Positions 35,430 through 49,507 of a stretch of 64,000 bases of DNA are shown here, one piece after another. The position numbers and the translations under genes are program-made. The stretch's first letter is position 1, and each line of letters begins with the position of its first letter. The notes below the pieces were generated by a model. It saw nothing but the letters and a program-made list of their open reading frames with translations. It was not told the DNA's origin and searched no databases. The stretch is from Phyllobates terribilis (lineage: Eukaryota): the NCBI RefSeq assembly GCF_046119375.1, contig NW_027362765.1:114452001-114516000 (forward strand). Direction: 5' to 3'.

Positions 35430-38400
35430 TCAGTAGTTTACGGATTTTCATTTTATTGGTTGACCATGACGGCACCATGAGCGTGGATCCTCCCAAGGAT
35501 CCTGCCTCAGTTTGGTTTCCTGTCCTTGATGGGGGTACATTTGACTGGCTTACCTGCTGAAAATGGAACCTGGGCAGGCCAGATTGTGCAGGGATACTCT
35601 CTGTCTGGCTGGCGCAGGACTCTGCCTCTTCACCGTGCGCCCAAAGGGGCTGGCACCGTAGATGGAATGCGAGCTGTCGAGCGGTGCCACTGCCTGGGGT
35701 TGGCAGCTCGAGTATTGCACGGGACAGCTGCATCCTGAGGAGAAGTGAGCTATTGAGCGGTGCCCCTGTCTGGGGGTTTGCAGCTCTAGCATCGCATAGT
35801 ACAGCTTCTGGGTCTTCCTCCTGTAGCATGACTGCGCACCTCCATGCTCTGTAAGAAGCCGGCATGATGACGTGGGTGCGCGCCTGCGGCAGTCACGTGC
35901 CCGGATCGGGAAGTATCGGTCACATGTGGTCAGGATGACGGGGGAACGCTAATTCGACTTATATCGCTAACAGGGGGCAGTCGCACCTGGTATCGAGGGT
36001 GGAGGGGGTAAGGATGAACAGGAAAAAAAAAAATCTTGCTGACCCGGAAGTGTGTTTTAATTAAAAGAAAAAAAAAAAAAAAGAGCAGCTGCAGCTATAA
36101 AAATTATCACGCACCATGACTCAGCTTCCCAGCAACTTCTGCCCCTATCGTAAAATGCAGACAGAAAGTGAGCAGCCACCATCACCATCTCAGCAGTGGC
36201 ATGGGAAGTCCCAGGAGGAACAACGCCTTCGGGTTAGCGGAGACAACTGGACCTCAGGAAGGCGAAGATCTGCGAGCGAGTCCAGTCATCGTAGTGCCAG
36301 CAGGATGGACGAATCTCCAGGCTCCAGGGACGATCTCCCAGCTGAGAAAGGTCCTTCCTCCAAACCAGTACCAGTCCTTTGAGTCATATGGGGGGGGTGT
36401 AAGTGATCTTCGTGAAAGTTCATTTGGTAATACGGTGGCCCTTCTTCTTGTTTTTTACTAGGGGAAGAAGTGCATTACCAAATTTAAGCACAAGAAATGT
36501 GCGTTGTTTGGGTAAGGCCCTATTAGCGGACTCATACCCAAAAAGGCTGTGTCAGTCCTGTATCAGACCTTGGCAGATGAGACCCCCTAGTTTCGCATCA
36601 GGGTTAAAAACCTTGGTCAAGACAGATCAGCAAGGCCCTCTCTAATTATAAAAAAAAAAAAGTAAAGAGAAAGGAGGATACTGATTGTGAGGTCTCTGTC
36701 TCCCTCCCATCGGACTATGAGGAGAACTCTGACGACTCCTCTTCATCATCCTCGTCCTCACTGATGCAGAGCGACATTGTTTTCCACTAAATGAATGATG
36801 GACTGGTTAAAGCAGTCCGCTCAAGTATGGGTATTATGGACACCACCAGAGCAATCAGTCCAAGATCTCATGTACATACCCCCACAGAAATCTAAAACAC
36901 CTTGACCTACACTCACTCTCTGAATCCCTCCTCCCTCTTACAGACAACACTTCCTTACATGATGCAGATGTTGCTGCCGCTTTATATAACACCACAACAG
37001 CTGCAGCTCTCAATTCGGTCGCTGCCCCCCCCCCCCCCCCCCTTACACATACCAAAGCTCTCACAATCAACAGACAACCCTGGCACACCAGCCTAACCAA
37101 AGAACTGCAACAGGCCTCCAGGGTTGCTGAGCGTAGATGGAAAAGGTCCCACTCCAATGAGCACTTCCTCTCATTCAAACAGTCCCTCACTACCTTTAAA
37201 TTCACACTCACTGCAGCAAAACAAACATCCTTTTCATATCCTCCCTGTCTCACAGCCCTAAACAACTACTCAACATCTTCAATTCTCTCCTCCACCCCCC
37301 CAGCGCCTCCTCCCTCTCCTCTCAGCTGAAGACTGACACCATCATACAAAGCTTTTACCTAAAGTCCCCCCAGGCCCTCCTCACACCTATTCAATCCTCC
37401 TCCACCATTATGGAAGATCAACTTGCCTCTCCAAATCACATCTCAGCACCTGTGAACTTGACCTAATCCCATCCCACCTCATCCCCAACCTTACTGCTAT
37501 CTCCCCCCCCCAACCTTAACCCACCTTTTCAACCTGTCACTAACAACTGATGTCTTCCCCTCATGCCTCAATCACACCCATCCTCAAACAGCGCCCTCCC
37601 TTGACCCATCCTCTGACTAGCTATCGCCCCATATCACTTCTCCCTTATGCCTCAAAACCACTCGAACAACACATCCACCTTGAACTGTCCTTTCACCTCT
37701 CCTGCTCTCTTTTTGACCGCCTCCAATCTGACTTCCGATCGCACCATTTTACTGAAACTGCCCAGACTAAAGTCATCAACGACCTACTAACCGCCAAATC
37801 CAAGCGACACTACTCTGTCCTCCTACTCCTAGACCTGTCATCTGCCTTCGACACAGTGGACCATTCCCTCTTACTACAGACGCTCTCATCTCTTTGCATC
37901 ACAGACTTGGCCCTATCCTGGATCTCCTCATGCCCAACAGACCAGACATTGTATCTTCCACTAACACACTACCTCCTCATCTCGCCCCCTACCTGTCGGT
38001 GTCCCCCAAGGTTCAGTTCTAGGACCCCTGCTCTTCTCCATCTACACCTTAGGCCTGGGACAGCTCATAGAGTCTCATGGCTTTCAGTATCACCTCTATG
38101 CTGATGACACACAGATCTACCTCTCTGGACCCGATATCTCCTCCCTGCTAACCAAAATCCCACAATGTCTGTCCGCTATTTCATCCTTCTTCTCTGCTAG
38201 ATTTCTAAAACTTAACATGCATAAAACTGAATTAATCATCTTTCCCCCAACCGACCTATCAACATCAATGGCTGTCCACTCTCCCCATTCCCGCAAGCAT
38301 GCTGCCGTGGGGTAACCCTGGACTCTGATCTCTCCTTCCAACCACATATCCAAGCCGACTCAAAAATATCTCACGGATTCGCACATTCCTCAACCATGAA

Positions 38401-40355
38401 TCTGCAAAACCACTAGCACATGCCCTCATCTCCTGCCTCGACTACTGCAACCTCCTGCTCTGTGGCCTCCCCTACAACACTCTTGCACCCCTCCAATCTA
38501 TCCTAAAGTCTGAAGCCTGACTAATCCACCTGTCCTCCCGCTATTCCCCAGCCTCTCCTCTCTGTCAATCCCTTCACTGGCTCCACATTGCCCAGAGACT
38601 CCAGTTCAAAACCCTAACCACAGCATACAAAGCCATCTACAACGTGTCTCCTCCATATATCTGTGACCTAGTCTCCAATCCCCACAAGATCTCCTTCTCT
38701 ACTCCCCTCTTCCTACAATCGCATACAAGATTTCTCCTGTGCATCCCCCTACTCTGGAACTCTCTACCCCAACACATCAGACTCTTGCCTACCATGGAAA
38801 CCTTCAAAAGGAACCTGAAGACTCTCGCCTCTTCTGACAAGCCTACAACCAGCGGTAACCTTCGCTCCACCATACCACTATGTGACCAGCTCTACCCTCA
38901 CCTACTGTATCCGTCACCCATCCCATGTAGATTTTGAGCCCTCACGGGCAGGGTCCCGCTCCTCCTGTTCCAGTTACAAACTTGAACAAAATGTGACTGT
39001 TTTTGTATGTATACCCCTTTTTAAACATGTAAAGCGCCATGGAATAAATGGCACTATAACCGTAAATAATAATGATGATGGTGTTCAGGGGCCTGGGACA
39101 ATGGAAGAGACAATGTTCTCCGGTTAGTGATAAGGTTCAGGGACTGATACGTAAGGTGTGTGAAAGACCGGAGGAGAAAGGGCCCTCTTTCCCCTTCCTT
39201 TAAAAGTAAATACCCTTTGGAGGATTCAGCTTCATCCTTTTGGGAGAAAGCCCCAAGACTCAATGTTGCAATAATGAAGGCATCTAGAAAAAGCATCTCT
39301 TCCCTTTGATATGGGAGCCGTTAAGGACCCTTTGGACAGAAAAGCTGATACCTTTCTTAAAGGGACCTGGGAAACAGCTGGAGCCTTAAAGCCAGCAGTC
39401 GCTGCAACTTGCACAGCCAGGTCTTTGATAATATGGCTGGAACAGCTTGAGTCCCATCTAAAAGATAAAACCTCAAGAAAGGAGATATTATCCAGCATTC
39501 CACTCAAGCAGTGAGCTGCCGCTTTCCGTGGATTCGGTTAGGTTTTCGGCAAGGTCCGTCACCATGTACAACGCGGCCCTTAGAGCCTTATGGCTTAAGT
39601 GTTGGCCAGGAGATATCCAAGCCAGAACGAGAATGTGCTCTCTTACCTGAGGGAGAGCACCTCTTTGGACCGGCTCTGGATGAGATTTTGGACAATGCGA
39701 GTGATGTGAAAAAAGGATTCCCTAACTTTTCTGATTTGGCAGTGTCCTGTCCACTATAGCTAGATGGATTAGGAAGGCCATTTCTCTAGCATATATATCT
39801 AGCAGCAAGGAAGTGCCAGAAGGCTCACTCCACCCAGGCTGTGGCGACCTCCTGGGCTGAGAAGACAGGGGTCTTGGTAGAGGACATATATAAGGTTGCT
39901 ACCTGGTCCTCTCCCTCTACTTTCTATAGACACTGTTTGATATGGGATGCATCGGCTGACCCGGAGAAGGGTGCTCCAGGCTGTAGTCCCTCCCTAGATT
40001 ACTTCATCTCTGTAATTCTCTTGTGGTGCTGTCATGGTTGATCGATAGTCTTATGTTACTTACCGGTAACAGGATTTCTGAGAGACCATGACAACACCCT
40101 GATATTCCATCCCTTCACATTTGTGGGGGCACTTTTTTTTTTTTTTTTTTTTTTTAACTCACACTTAATAGGGTAATTTTGTGGTTGTTGTGTTTATTAA
40201 CCTGGCGGTCCTCCCATGCTCTGTAATCCAAACTAAGGTGGGAGAAAGGTGCTGCCCTTTTAAGTATGTAGGTTTCCAGTTCTTGGTGGGCAGATCCCCT
40301 CTCGTGGTGCTGTCCTGTCTCAAAAAAATCCCGTTACCAGTAAGTAACTTAAGAC
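35430..40355 (+). mobile_element. DIRS1-like tyrosine-recombinase retrotransposon, internally deleted and split by an L2
   Basis: ORF1 remnants (DSYPKRLCQSC; ALKPAVAATCTARSLIIWLEQLE; GEHLFGPALDEIL) and a YR tail (HST.AVATSWAE...ATWSSPSTFYRH). Inverted ends gacggcaccatgagcgtggatcctccc / gggcagatcccctctcgtggtgctgtc. The ICR-like segment acttaccggtaacaggatt (about 40059) pairs with aatcccgttaccagtaagt (about 40328). Confidence 0.8.
36874..39081 (+). mobile_element. 5'-truncated L2 (CR1 superfamily) LINE inserted in DIRS ORF1
   Basis: RT motifs [32 protein letters not shown] and HLYADDTQ, with an (aat/gat)n tail. Flanks ...gatctcaTGT | TGTtcagggg rejoin as CAA GAT CTC ATG TTC AGG GGC. Confidence 0.9.
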
Positions 40356-40820
40356 TTTTCTCTACGACAGACACATTACAAGAATATTCATTTTCCTCAT
40401 ATCTCAGGCAAATCACAAATTACATACATCCCCTGTTTATTCTCATTGAAGAATGAAGCCAAATAGCTGATGTGTTTCACCACACAATGCTTTAGTCTAA
40501 AGCTAGACTATATAACTTTGACACTTCTATTTTAATGCATCCCCTGGCTTTATAAGCCATCAGGTCTAAGATCCATTTTTCATCAAGATTTCCCCAGAAC
40601 CAAACATTTCACTGCCATCTGCTGGCCACACTCTGAACTACATCAGAAACCTGGTATTGAACCATTCTGCAAGTTAGAGCAGCATTTCCATTTATACTAT
40701 ATTCATACATAAGTATGTAGTGTAAGGGTACATACACCAAGTATTTGCTGCCAACATTTCTGCACCAAAACAAGAGGCACAGACCAGGGTTGGATGCCAA
40801 TGAAGGCAGTAGTGAGTATT

Positions 40821-41270
40821 TTAACCCCATTCTGGCTTGGGGCGTATTAGTACACCCCAGGCCATCACCCCCGGTTCAGTGAGGGCTCCGGCGCTGAGCC
40901 TGCACTGAACTGGACACGTCAGCTGATTCTTACAGCTGACACATGCCCGCAGCTGTTAACCAGTTAAATGCCGCTGTATCTCTGACAGTGGCATTTAACA
41001 GCGCCGCAAGCGTGTCGGTGACCCAGTCATGTAATCACAGGTCACTGATGCGTTGGCATGACAACCCTGGGTCAGGGCAGACCCCAGTGGTTGTCATGTA
41101 AAGATCGCTATGAGCGCCACCTAGTGGTCGGTGCTCATAGCACAGGAGCATTTCTGCTACATAGGTGATCTGCTCATCACCTCTATTGGACAGTTGCTAC
41201 TTCTAGTCTATGGAGACTATTGAAGCATGAAAAAAAAAAAAAAAAAAAAAAAAGTTGCCGCATTCAAAAT

Positions 41271-41321
<51 letters not shown>

Positions 41322-41907
41322 TTGCCTGATCAATATTACAAAAAAAAAAAATTCCAAACGCCAGAATTACATTTTTGGTCAATGCAACATTGCAATAATG
41401 GGCAATCAAAACACTGCATCTACCCCAAAATAGTATAAATAAAAAACGTCAGCCTGACGTGCAAAGAATAAGCCCTCGCCCAGCCCCTGAAAAATGGAGA
41501 AGCTACGGGGTCTTGGAAAGTTGTTTTTTTTTTTTTTTTTTTTTTTTAGCAAAACTTTGGATTTTTTCTCACCACTTAAATAAAACAGAACCTAGACATG
41601 TTTGGTGTCTACAAACTCAGTGACCTGGAGAATAATAATGGCAGGTCAGTTTTAGCATCCAGTGAACGTGGAAAAGAAAAAAAAAAAAAACACTGGAATT
41701 GCATATTTTTGGCAATTTCACCGCACTTGGATTTTTTCCCCTGTTTTCCAGTACACGATATGGTAAAACTAGTAATAGCATTTAAAAGTCCAACTCGTCC
41801 CGCAAAAAAAAAAAGTCCCCAGATGGCCATATTGACCAAAAAATAACAACGCTATGGCTCTGGGAACCAAAAAAAAACAAAACGAAAAATCAGTAAAGGG
41901 GGGTTAA
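40821..41907. mobile_element. TTAA-flanked, CCC...GGG-terminated non-autonomous element (piggyBac-like)
   Basis: TTAA|ccccattc at 40821 and gggggg|TTAA at 41907; no transposase ORF. Confidence 0.55.
41275..41318. repeat. (CA)n microsatellite
   Basis: Uninterrupted CA run of about 22 units. Confidence 0.95.
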
Positions 41908-42547
41908 ACATGGTTTACACGATTTAGTTTAGGCAGGAAGAGAAATTCATGGGAGGGCTTCAATAGATTTTAGTTTTATTACCATTATATCAGCCTGTAG
42001 GGGACTTCTGCCAGCATAAGGACCCCAGCTGAATTCAGTCTTTTTTTTAAGCCTACAGACACTTTACTATTGAGGGGGATTTTACCACTTAATCTGACCG
42101 TAACCTGATAGTGACACATCACAGGAATCAGTCTGACTGGGCTGCTTGCTGTAGTTTTGATAAAACTGTTTCATCAGCAGATATTGGAGTACTAGTAAAC
42201 CTCCTGTAATGTAGCCCTCCATATTCATAAGCCATATATAATCCTGACCCCACCACTGATTAGTAGCTTACGGTGTATGCTGTGTATGGACAGAAAAACT
42301 GAGTGTCTCTCCTTGTAATATAGGCTGGATGTGAGCTTTGCATGTATCCAGAGAGCTGCTCTCTTCATTAGCATATATATCAGCACATCTTCTATCCTAC
42401 ACTTGATCTTCAGGTACTTTCCTTGTACATACCCATTTTCTGTGCTCTCCATAAGCACAGTGCCCCTTTCACACAGGCACATCCAGGCTGCTTAATGCAT
42501 GCAGATGGTTTGTTTACAGTCCTGCAAACATTCTCTGCCCAGAATTG

Positions 42548-43255
42548 TTAAGGCTGTGTGCCCATGATGCGTTTAAGAGTTTACGCAGCAGCAATTCCGA
42601 TGCAGAAACACTTAAAAAACGCTTGGTAGAAGGCCTGCCATGTTCCCAAATGATGATCCGCATGCGCTATGCACATGCTGCGGAAAAATCCGCAGCACTA
42701 CCAATTATTTTGTGGAGTTTTCTCCGCCATTGACTTGCATTGGAACACATGGAATCCGCATCACTGCAGATGCAGATTCCATGCGTTTCAATGTGCGGAT
42801 GGTACCCGGGTTTGGACAAGAGTATAATAATATACTTACCTTCTGATGGCTCCCAGGGTCATTGTCTCAGCTTGCGGTAGACTAAAAGGACCTGCGGTGA
42901 TGTCATTTAGTCATGTGAAGGGTCACGCGACCGCTGACGTCAGCAGGTCCTTTAATCTACTGAGAGCTGCCAGCAAGAAGAGACAAGCAGAAGGGGGGGG
43001 GCCCCCCCATCAGAAGGAAAGTATATATTTATTTTTTACTATTCTTTTACGGTCACACTATATAAATCCATGCCGTTTGCATGGATTTATATAGTGTGAC
43101 CAAGTTGACAAGCACTTTCCAAGTGATGCTAAAAATCGCTTGGAAAGCGCTTGTCCTCCGCATGTACAATCCGGATGTGTTTTTTTCTGCCAGGGAGATG
43201 CAGAAACGCTCAGGAAAAATCTGGAGAATTTCTGCATTTTGGTCACACAGCCTAA
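42548..43255. mobile_element. Tourist/Harbinger-like MITE with an internal perfect hairpin
   Basis: ttaaggctgtgtgccca ... tggtcacacagcctaa termini, with a 23-bp-arm hairpin at 43051-43101. Confidence 0.65.
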
Positions 43256-43743
43256 TATTTTAGCTGCACAGAACAAATGTATCACATAAGCAGCACATCA
43301 TGTTCACACCAGGCAATGTGCTGCATGGCTTAAAAACCCTTGCATTTGACAAATCAGCGCTCTGCTCATTCGTTGGGTGCCTGGTTAATCAGATAGATGG
43401 AACAAGCTCATCTAGATGGGTCATCAGATAACCTTCTCCCATTCAGATCTGTGTACAGACCATTTTACACAGAAGGGAAAGGCCAGCAGAGTCAGAGCCT
43501 GTGATGGATTTATAAAATTTTGCACACATTTTAGATAAATAGCAACTTTCTAATTAGTCATTAAAAATTTAAACCTAAGACTTGTGAAAACACGCACCTT
43601 CTGCCCTGCACAATGGCCAGATTGATGACAACTGAGCCAGAAGAAAGTATACACCTTACCAAAAACTGATAGTCAGCTTCCTAAAAACTAAGATTGCAAC
43701 AGATTAACCACTTAAATGCCACTCAAGCAAGTGATTTTACATG

Positions 43744-43916
43744 NNNNNNNNNNNNNNNNNNNNNNNNNNNNNNNNNNNNNNNNNNNNNNNNNNNNNNNNN
43801 NNNNNNNNNNNNNNNNNNNNNNNNNNNNNNNNNNNNNNNNNNNNNNNNNNNNNNNNNNNNNNNNNNNNNNNNNNNNNNNNNNNNNNNNNNNNNNNNNNNN
43901 NNNNNNNNNNNNNNNN
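43744..43916. other. Assembly gap (N run)
   Basis: Run of n characters. Confidence 0.99.
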
Positions 43917-44342
43917 GCTTAGACTTCAGTCTCTGCACGTCTCTTAATAAGTCACACCCAAAAAAAGTTAAACATTTTTTTTATTATTGAAATGTGTAAA
44001 ATTTACCTTAGAAACATAGAAAGAGACAAGACACGTAGAGAAATGAAACCCAGTAGGTATTTACATGTAGTAGATCCGGACGACCCATTCACATATTCAA
44101 GCAGCTGGTGAAGACTGCGCCCGCAGCCTCAATAAATACATCATGGCATTCGTAGATCAATATTGCACTGGTCATCCTCCCCGAAAGCAAGTAGATCTCA
44201 TCCACAGGGTCCTCAAAACATTCAGTGTATTCACAGCAGGGGCACTTATTGCTCTGACACCCCCTGCAGGCCACACAGGGGGCAGCAATAGAAATCACAA
44301 GACAGATTACTGGAATACGAGCTGTAAAATTGTAGCCTGGTC

Positions 44343-44522
44343 TCACTGCGTCAGGCCTGGGCTACCTTCTGTCATCTGGGGGTGCTTACTGGAGTTCTGT
44401 ACAATCCAGGGGTGTTTAAGTACATCCCTCAGAGGCAGCCTGTGATTGGGGTTGTGCTTCAACAGTTTAGAGATGAGGTCTCTGGCGCCCTCTAACACAT
44501 AAGGAGGGTACTGGTATTCCAC
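44343..44522 (-). CDS. AURKA: AURKA last coding exon (C-terminal D-box-like RLPLRDVL); total CDS 1239 nt, 412 aa
   Basis: ctgcag|[18 protein letters not shown]...[25 protein letters not shown]...TQ*. Confidence 0.93.
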   Translation of the reverse strand: MEYQYPPYVLEGARDLISKLLKHNPNHRLPLRDVLKHPWIVQNSSKHPQMTEGSPGLTQ

Positions 44523-44725
44523 CTGCAGAGAAGAGTGAGGAGCCACTAAATATATATACACAATACATGATCTGGTTTTACAGGACAACATGCAGCAGCT
44601 TGCCCCCTGCAGCTGATAGGACCAAGCTACATGAATAAACCACCATGTACAGTACCAGTGTACATGGACCCATCCGTTCTGCACTTACAGGTAGCAGTGG
44701 GTCACACAGGAACGATGGACTTTAC

Positions 44726-44900
44726 CTTTGAAATTCTGCGGTAAGTTTCCTGGTGAGTCTCCGTTTCAAAGGGGGGCTTCCCAACTAGGAACTCGTAGCA
44801 GAGGACACCGAGACTCCACAGGTCAACCTTCTCATCGTGCATCCGACCTTCAATCATCTCTGGGGGCAGGTAGTCCAATGTCCCACACAATGTGGTCCTC
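44726..44900 (-). CDS. AURKA: AURKA coding exon 7 (activation loop)
   Basis: 175 nt, [50 protein letters not shown] flanks. Confidence 0.95.
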
Positions 44901-45174
44901 CTGATAGAGAAATATAGGGTGTCTAGGTAGAATACCTAATCCTGCATGTGATTCAGAAAGTAAGAAAACAAGGTACAACGCAGACAAACCAAGCCTGGGG
45001 TGAAGGCCACAGTGATGGCATCATTCACATGCCGCAGGTCAGCATTGTTGCCATGGTTTAAGTGCGGAAATATTTGTAGTCTGAACACCCCAGGGGAGTG
45101 GGGGGGGGGGGGGGGGGGGGGGGGGGAGTGGCATAAACCAGTTATGTTCTAAGATTTACAGCTTAAGCCATATG

Positions 45175-45312
45175 AGAGCTGCACTCACTGTTCTGCTGCC
45201 AAATCACAGGCCCATACTGTGCTGCACACTTCAAACTTGAGTATAATCTAGGATGAAATGTGAAAATTAATGTGCACAGTGACTGCACAAGCAGAACAGT
45301 GAGTGCAGCTCT
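45175..45312. mobile_element. Small MITE-like element with perfect 22-bp inverted ends
   Basis: agagctgcactcactgttctgc (45175-45196) / gcagaacagtgagtgcagctct (45291-45312). Confidence 0.65.
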
Positions 45313-46034
45313 GGATTTTATCAAGCTTTCTTCTGAGTGTTTCACAATAATCTGAACAGGCTGCCAATCACTCGAACGAACCCAATGCTTGTTAATTGGG
45401 TGAAATGATCTTTTGTGCAGAAAAAGGGTCAGTTCTTGGCAGTGCATAGTCATATAACCAGGACTTGCTCTGCCTAGAACCATAGGAGCCAATGTGCACT
45501 GAGTGATCTAGCATAGATCTATTACGTAACGCTCAGTGCACATCATTCATTAGTGGTAGTTTAATAGCCTTTATAAACAGGAGTGGAAGTTAAAAGAAAC
45601 TAGAATTAAAAAAAAATATTTAGGGTATGTGCACACGATGCAGAAAATTTCTGCACCTCCCTGGCAGAAAAAACGCATGCAGATTATGCATGCGTTTTTC
45701 CTGCAGAATACATGCGGATCCACAAGCGCTTTCCAGGCGATTTTAGCATCACCTGGAAAGTGCTTGACAACTAGGTCACACTATATAAATCCATGCAACC
45801 AGCATGGATTTATATAGTGTGACCAGAGAGAGTGTATATACTTACCTCCGATGGCCCGCGCTGTCCTGCTCAATCCGTTCTCCCTCGCCGGCAACTTTGA
45901 ATTGAAAGACCTGTCGACGTCAGCATCATGTGACCCGTCACATGACTGACGTCAGCGCAGGTCCTTCAACTCACTGCAAGTGCCGGGAACCAAACAGGAG
46001 CGCTGCGCGGGCCGACAGATGGTAAGTATATATA

Positions 46035-47605
<1,571 letters not shown>

Positions 47606-48097
47606 TATATATTTTTTTTTATTTTATTCTTGTTTTACTGCTTTTTTAATGGTACCTGGGTGTGGATGAGACTCTCCTCTCCTCCACACCCGGGTACCAT
47701 CCGCACATTAGAACGCACCAATAACGCAAGTACAGATGCAGTCTTGCGGAATTGGCGCGTTCTAATGCAAGTCAATGGTGGCGAAAACGCCGCGTTTACG
47801 CAAAATTAAATGACATGCTGCTGATTTTTGAGCGCAGCGTTTACACTGCGGAAAAATCCGCATCATGGGCACAGCACATGCGGATTTCAATTGGGGAACA
47901 TTGCTGCCCTTCTACCATGCGTTTTTAATGCGTTTCCGCAACTGCAAAAAAGCCGCGGAAACGCATTAAATACGCATAGTGTGAACTCAGCCTTACACTT
48001 GTCCAGTGTTTGGAGACACTCCTAGTTTTTGCATACAAATACTGATCAAAGATATGGATGTGTGAATGAGGCCTTACACAGGCAGACTACAACTGAC

Positions 48098-48293
48098 TAA
48101 GGCAACGGCCCCACTTTCAGTATTCGGTCAGTATTTTTTCTCAGGAGTGGGAGACAAAACCAGGTGAGGAACAATCAGAAAATGTATAATAGAAACAAGT
48201 CACCAATTCTGCATTTATCACCCACTCCTGGTTTTGGCTCCCACTCCTGAGAAAAAATAATGACCAAATATTGATAGTGGGGCCGTGGCCTTA
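48098..48293. mobile_element. Palindromic MITE, copy 1 of 3
   Basis: taaggcaacggccccactttcagta ... tgatagtggggccgtggcctta, with core gtcaccaattctgcattta. Confidence 0.7.
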
Positions 48294-49358
48294 GGCAACA
48301 CAAACATAAGACAAGTGCCCTTGGGGAGTTAAAAAATAGACAGAACAAGTACAATACATATGCTGGAGTCACAATACCTTTTATGCATTCTTCTTTGTAT
48401 AACTGGGTCTTTAATAAGTCTCAGGTGCTGGATGTTACATTAAAGGACTTATCTCTTCTGCTGATAAATACCACCCTCACTCCTTCATTACTATAGGCAA
48501 AGGAATCTGTCAGGCATTGGGCAGCAATTACTGGTTCTCGAGTATTTACTGAGTCAGACTGACGCCACTTCGACCCATTGGATTGGTCATGGTGACCCAG
48601 TGAAGAAATTCACATCCCACTGAACTCAAGGCCTTTTTATGTAAAGCCCGCATCCATCAGACTCGCATTAATTTCCTTTCCTGACATGAAGTCATCAAGC
48701 GCTCGCTGAACATTTCATATTGGCAAGAGCAGCATGACCCCTGTATGCAGAGAACTGTTGCTCCATTATAGCGGGCACAACAAGTACTGCCTCGGCACAG
48801 GGAATGTAAGGGATTTGGGAGGAGGGGGGGGGGGGCAGACAAACTTTTTTTTTTTTATAAGTTACATCTCTTGTAATAGACAAGAGCTTGGAATGATGGG
48901 TACCAATTGGCAGCCCCCCAGTTCCCTTTCCTCCCCCAATTATGTAGTATATAGTGCCTACTCTCACATCACTGTATGACAAAGCAGATTTGAAGTTAAG
49001 GTGCCTGAAAACGCTGGGACAACCTGTAATAGCAACTGTTTTGGATCTAAGGTATAAAGGACCATTATAAACTAAAATACATAAGGGTAATAACAGATCT
49101 GAATGCTCAGCCCCAATTCCTGACATGTGCGATGCTACAAGGACTGATGTATGTTGTACAGACAGCAATCTACACAGGCTGTCAAGCCATGAAACAGAAG
49201 AGTGATTTAACATTAGGCCATTGGATCCATCACCTTCAGGATCTCAGGTTTACAATGGTGCAACCATACTCCGATATAGGGGCACATACTATTCCCTGGC
49301 ACTGTAGGGATTTCACTTTCCTGCCAGGCAGAGGGCTGCACTTGAGCGTGGCACTCAC

Positions 49359-49507
49359 CTTGAAGATGGGGCATGCACTGACCAGCCAAAGTCCGCAATC
49401 TTCAGCTCCCCATTGGACCCCAGGAGGAGATTCTCAGGCTTGATGTCCCGGTGGATGACTTTCTTCGAGTGACAATACAGGAGGGCATCTGCGAGCTCAG
49501 TGATGTA
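49359..49507 (-). CDS. AURKA: AURKA coding exon 6 (HRD and DFG motifs)
   Basis: 149 nt, [53 protein letters not shown] flanks. Confidence 0.96.

Noticed and set aside
35335-35865. 176-aa minus-strand ORF
   Set aside because: Antisense to the DIRS 5' region, with no recognisable motif.
41203-41438. HTHTHT / CVCVCV ORFs
   Set aside because: Translation of the (CA)n microsatellite and poly-A.
43694-43990. ORFs spanning X runs
   Set aside because: Artefacts of the N gap.
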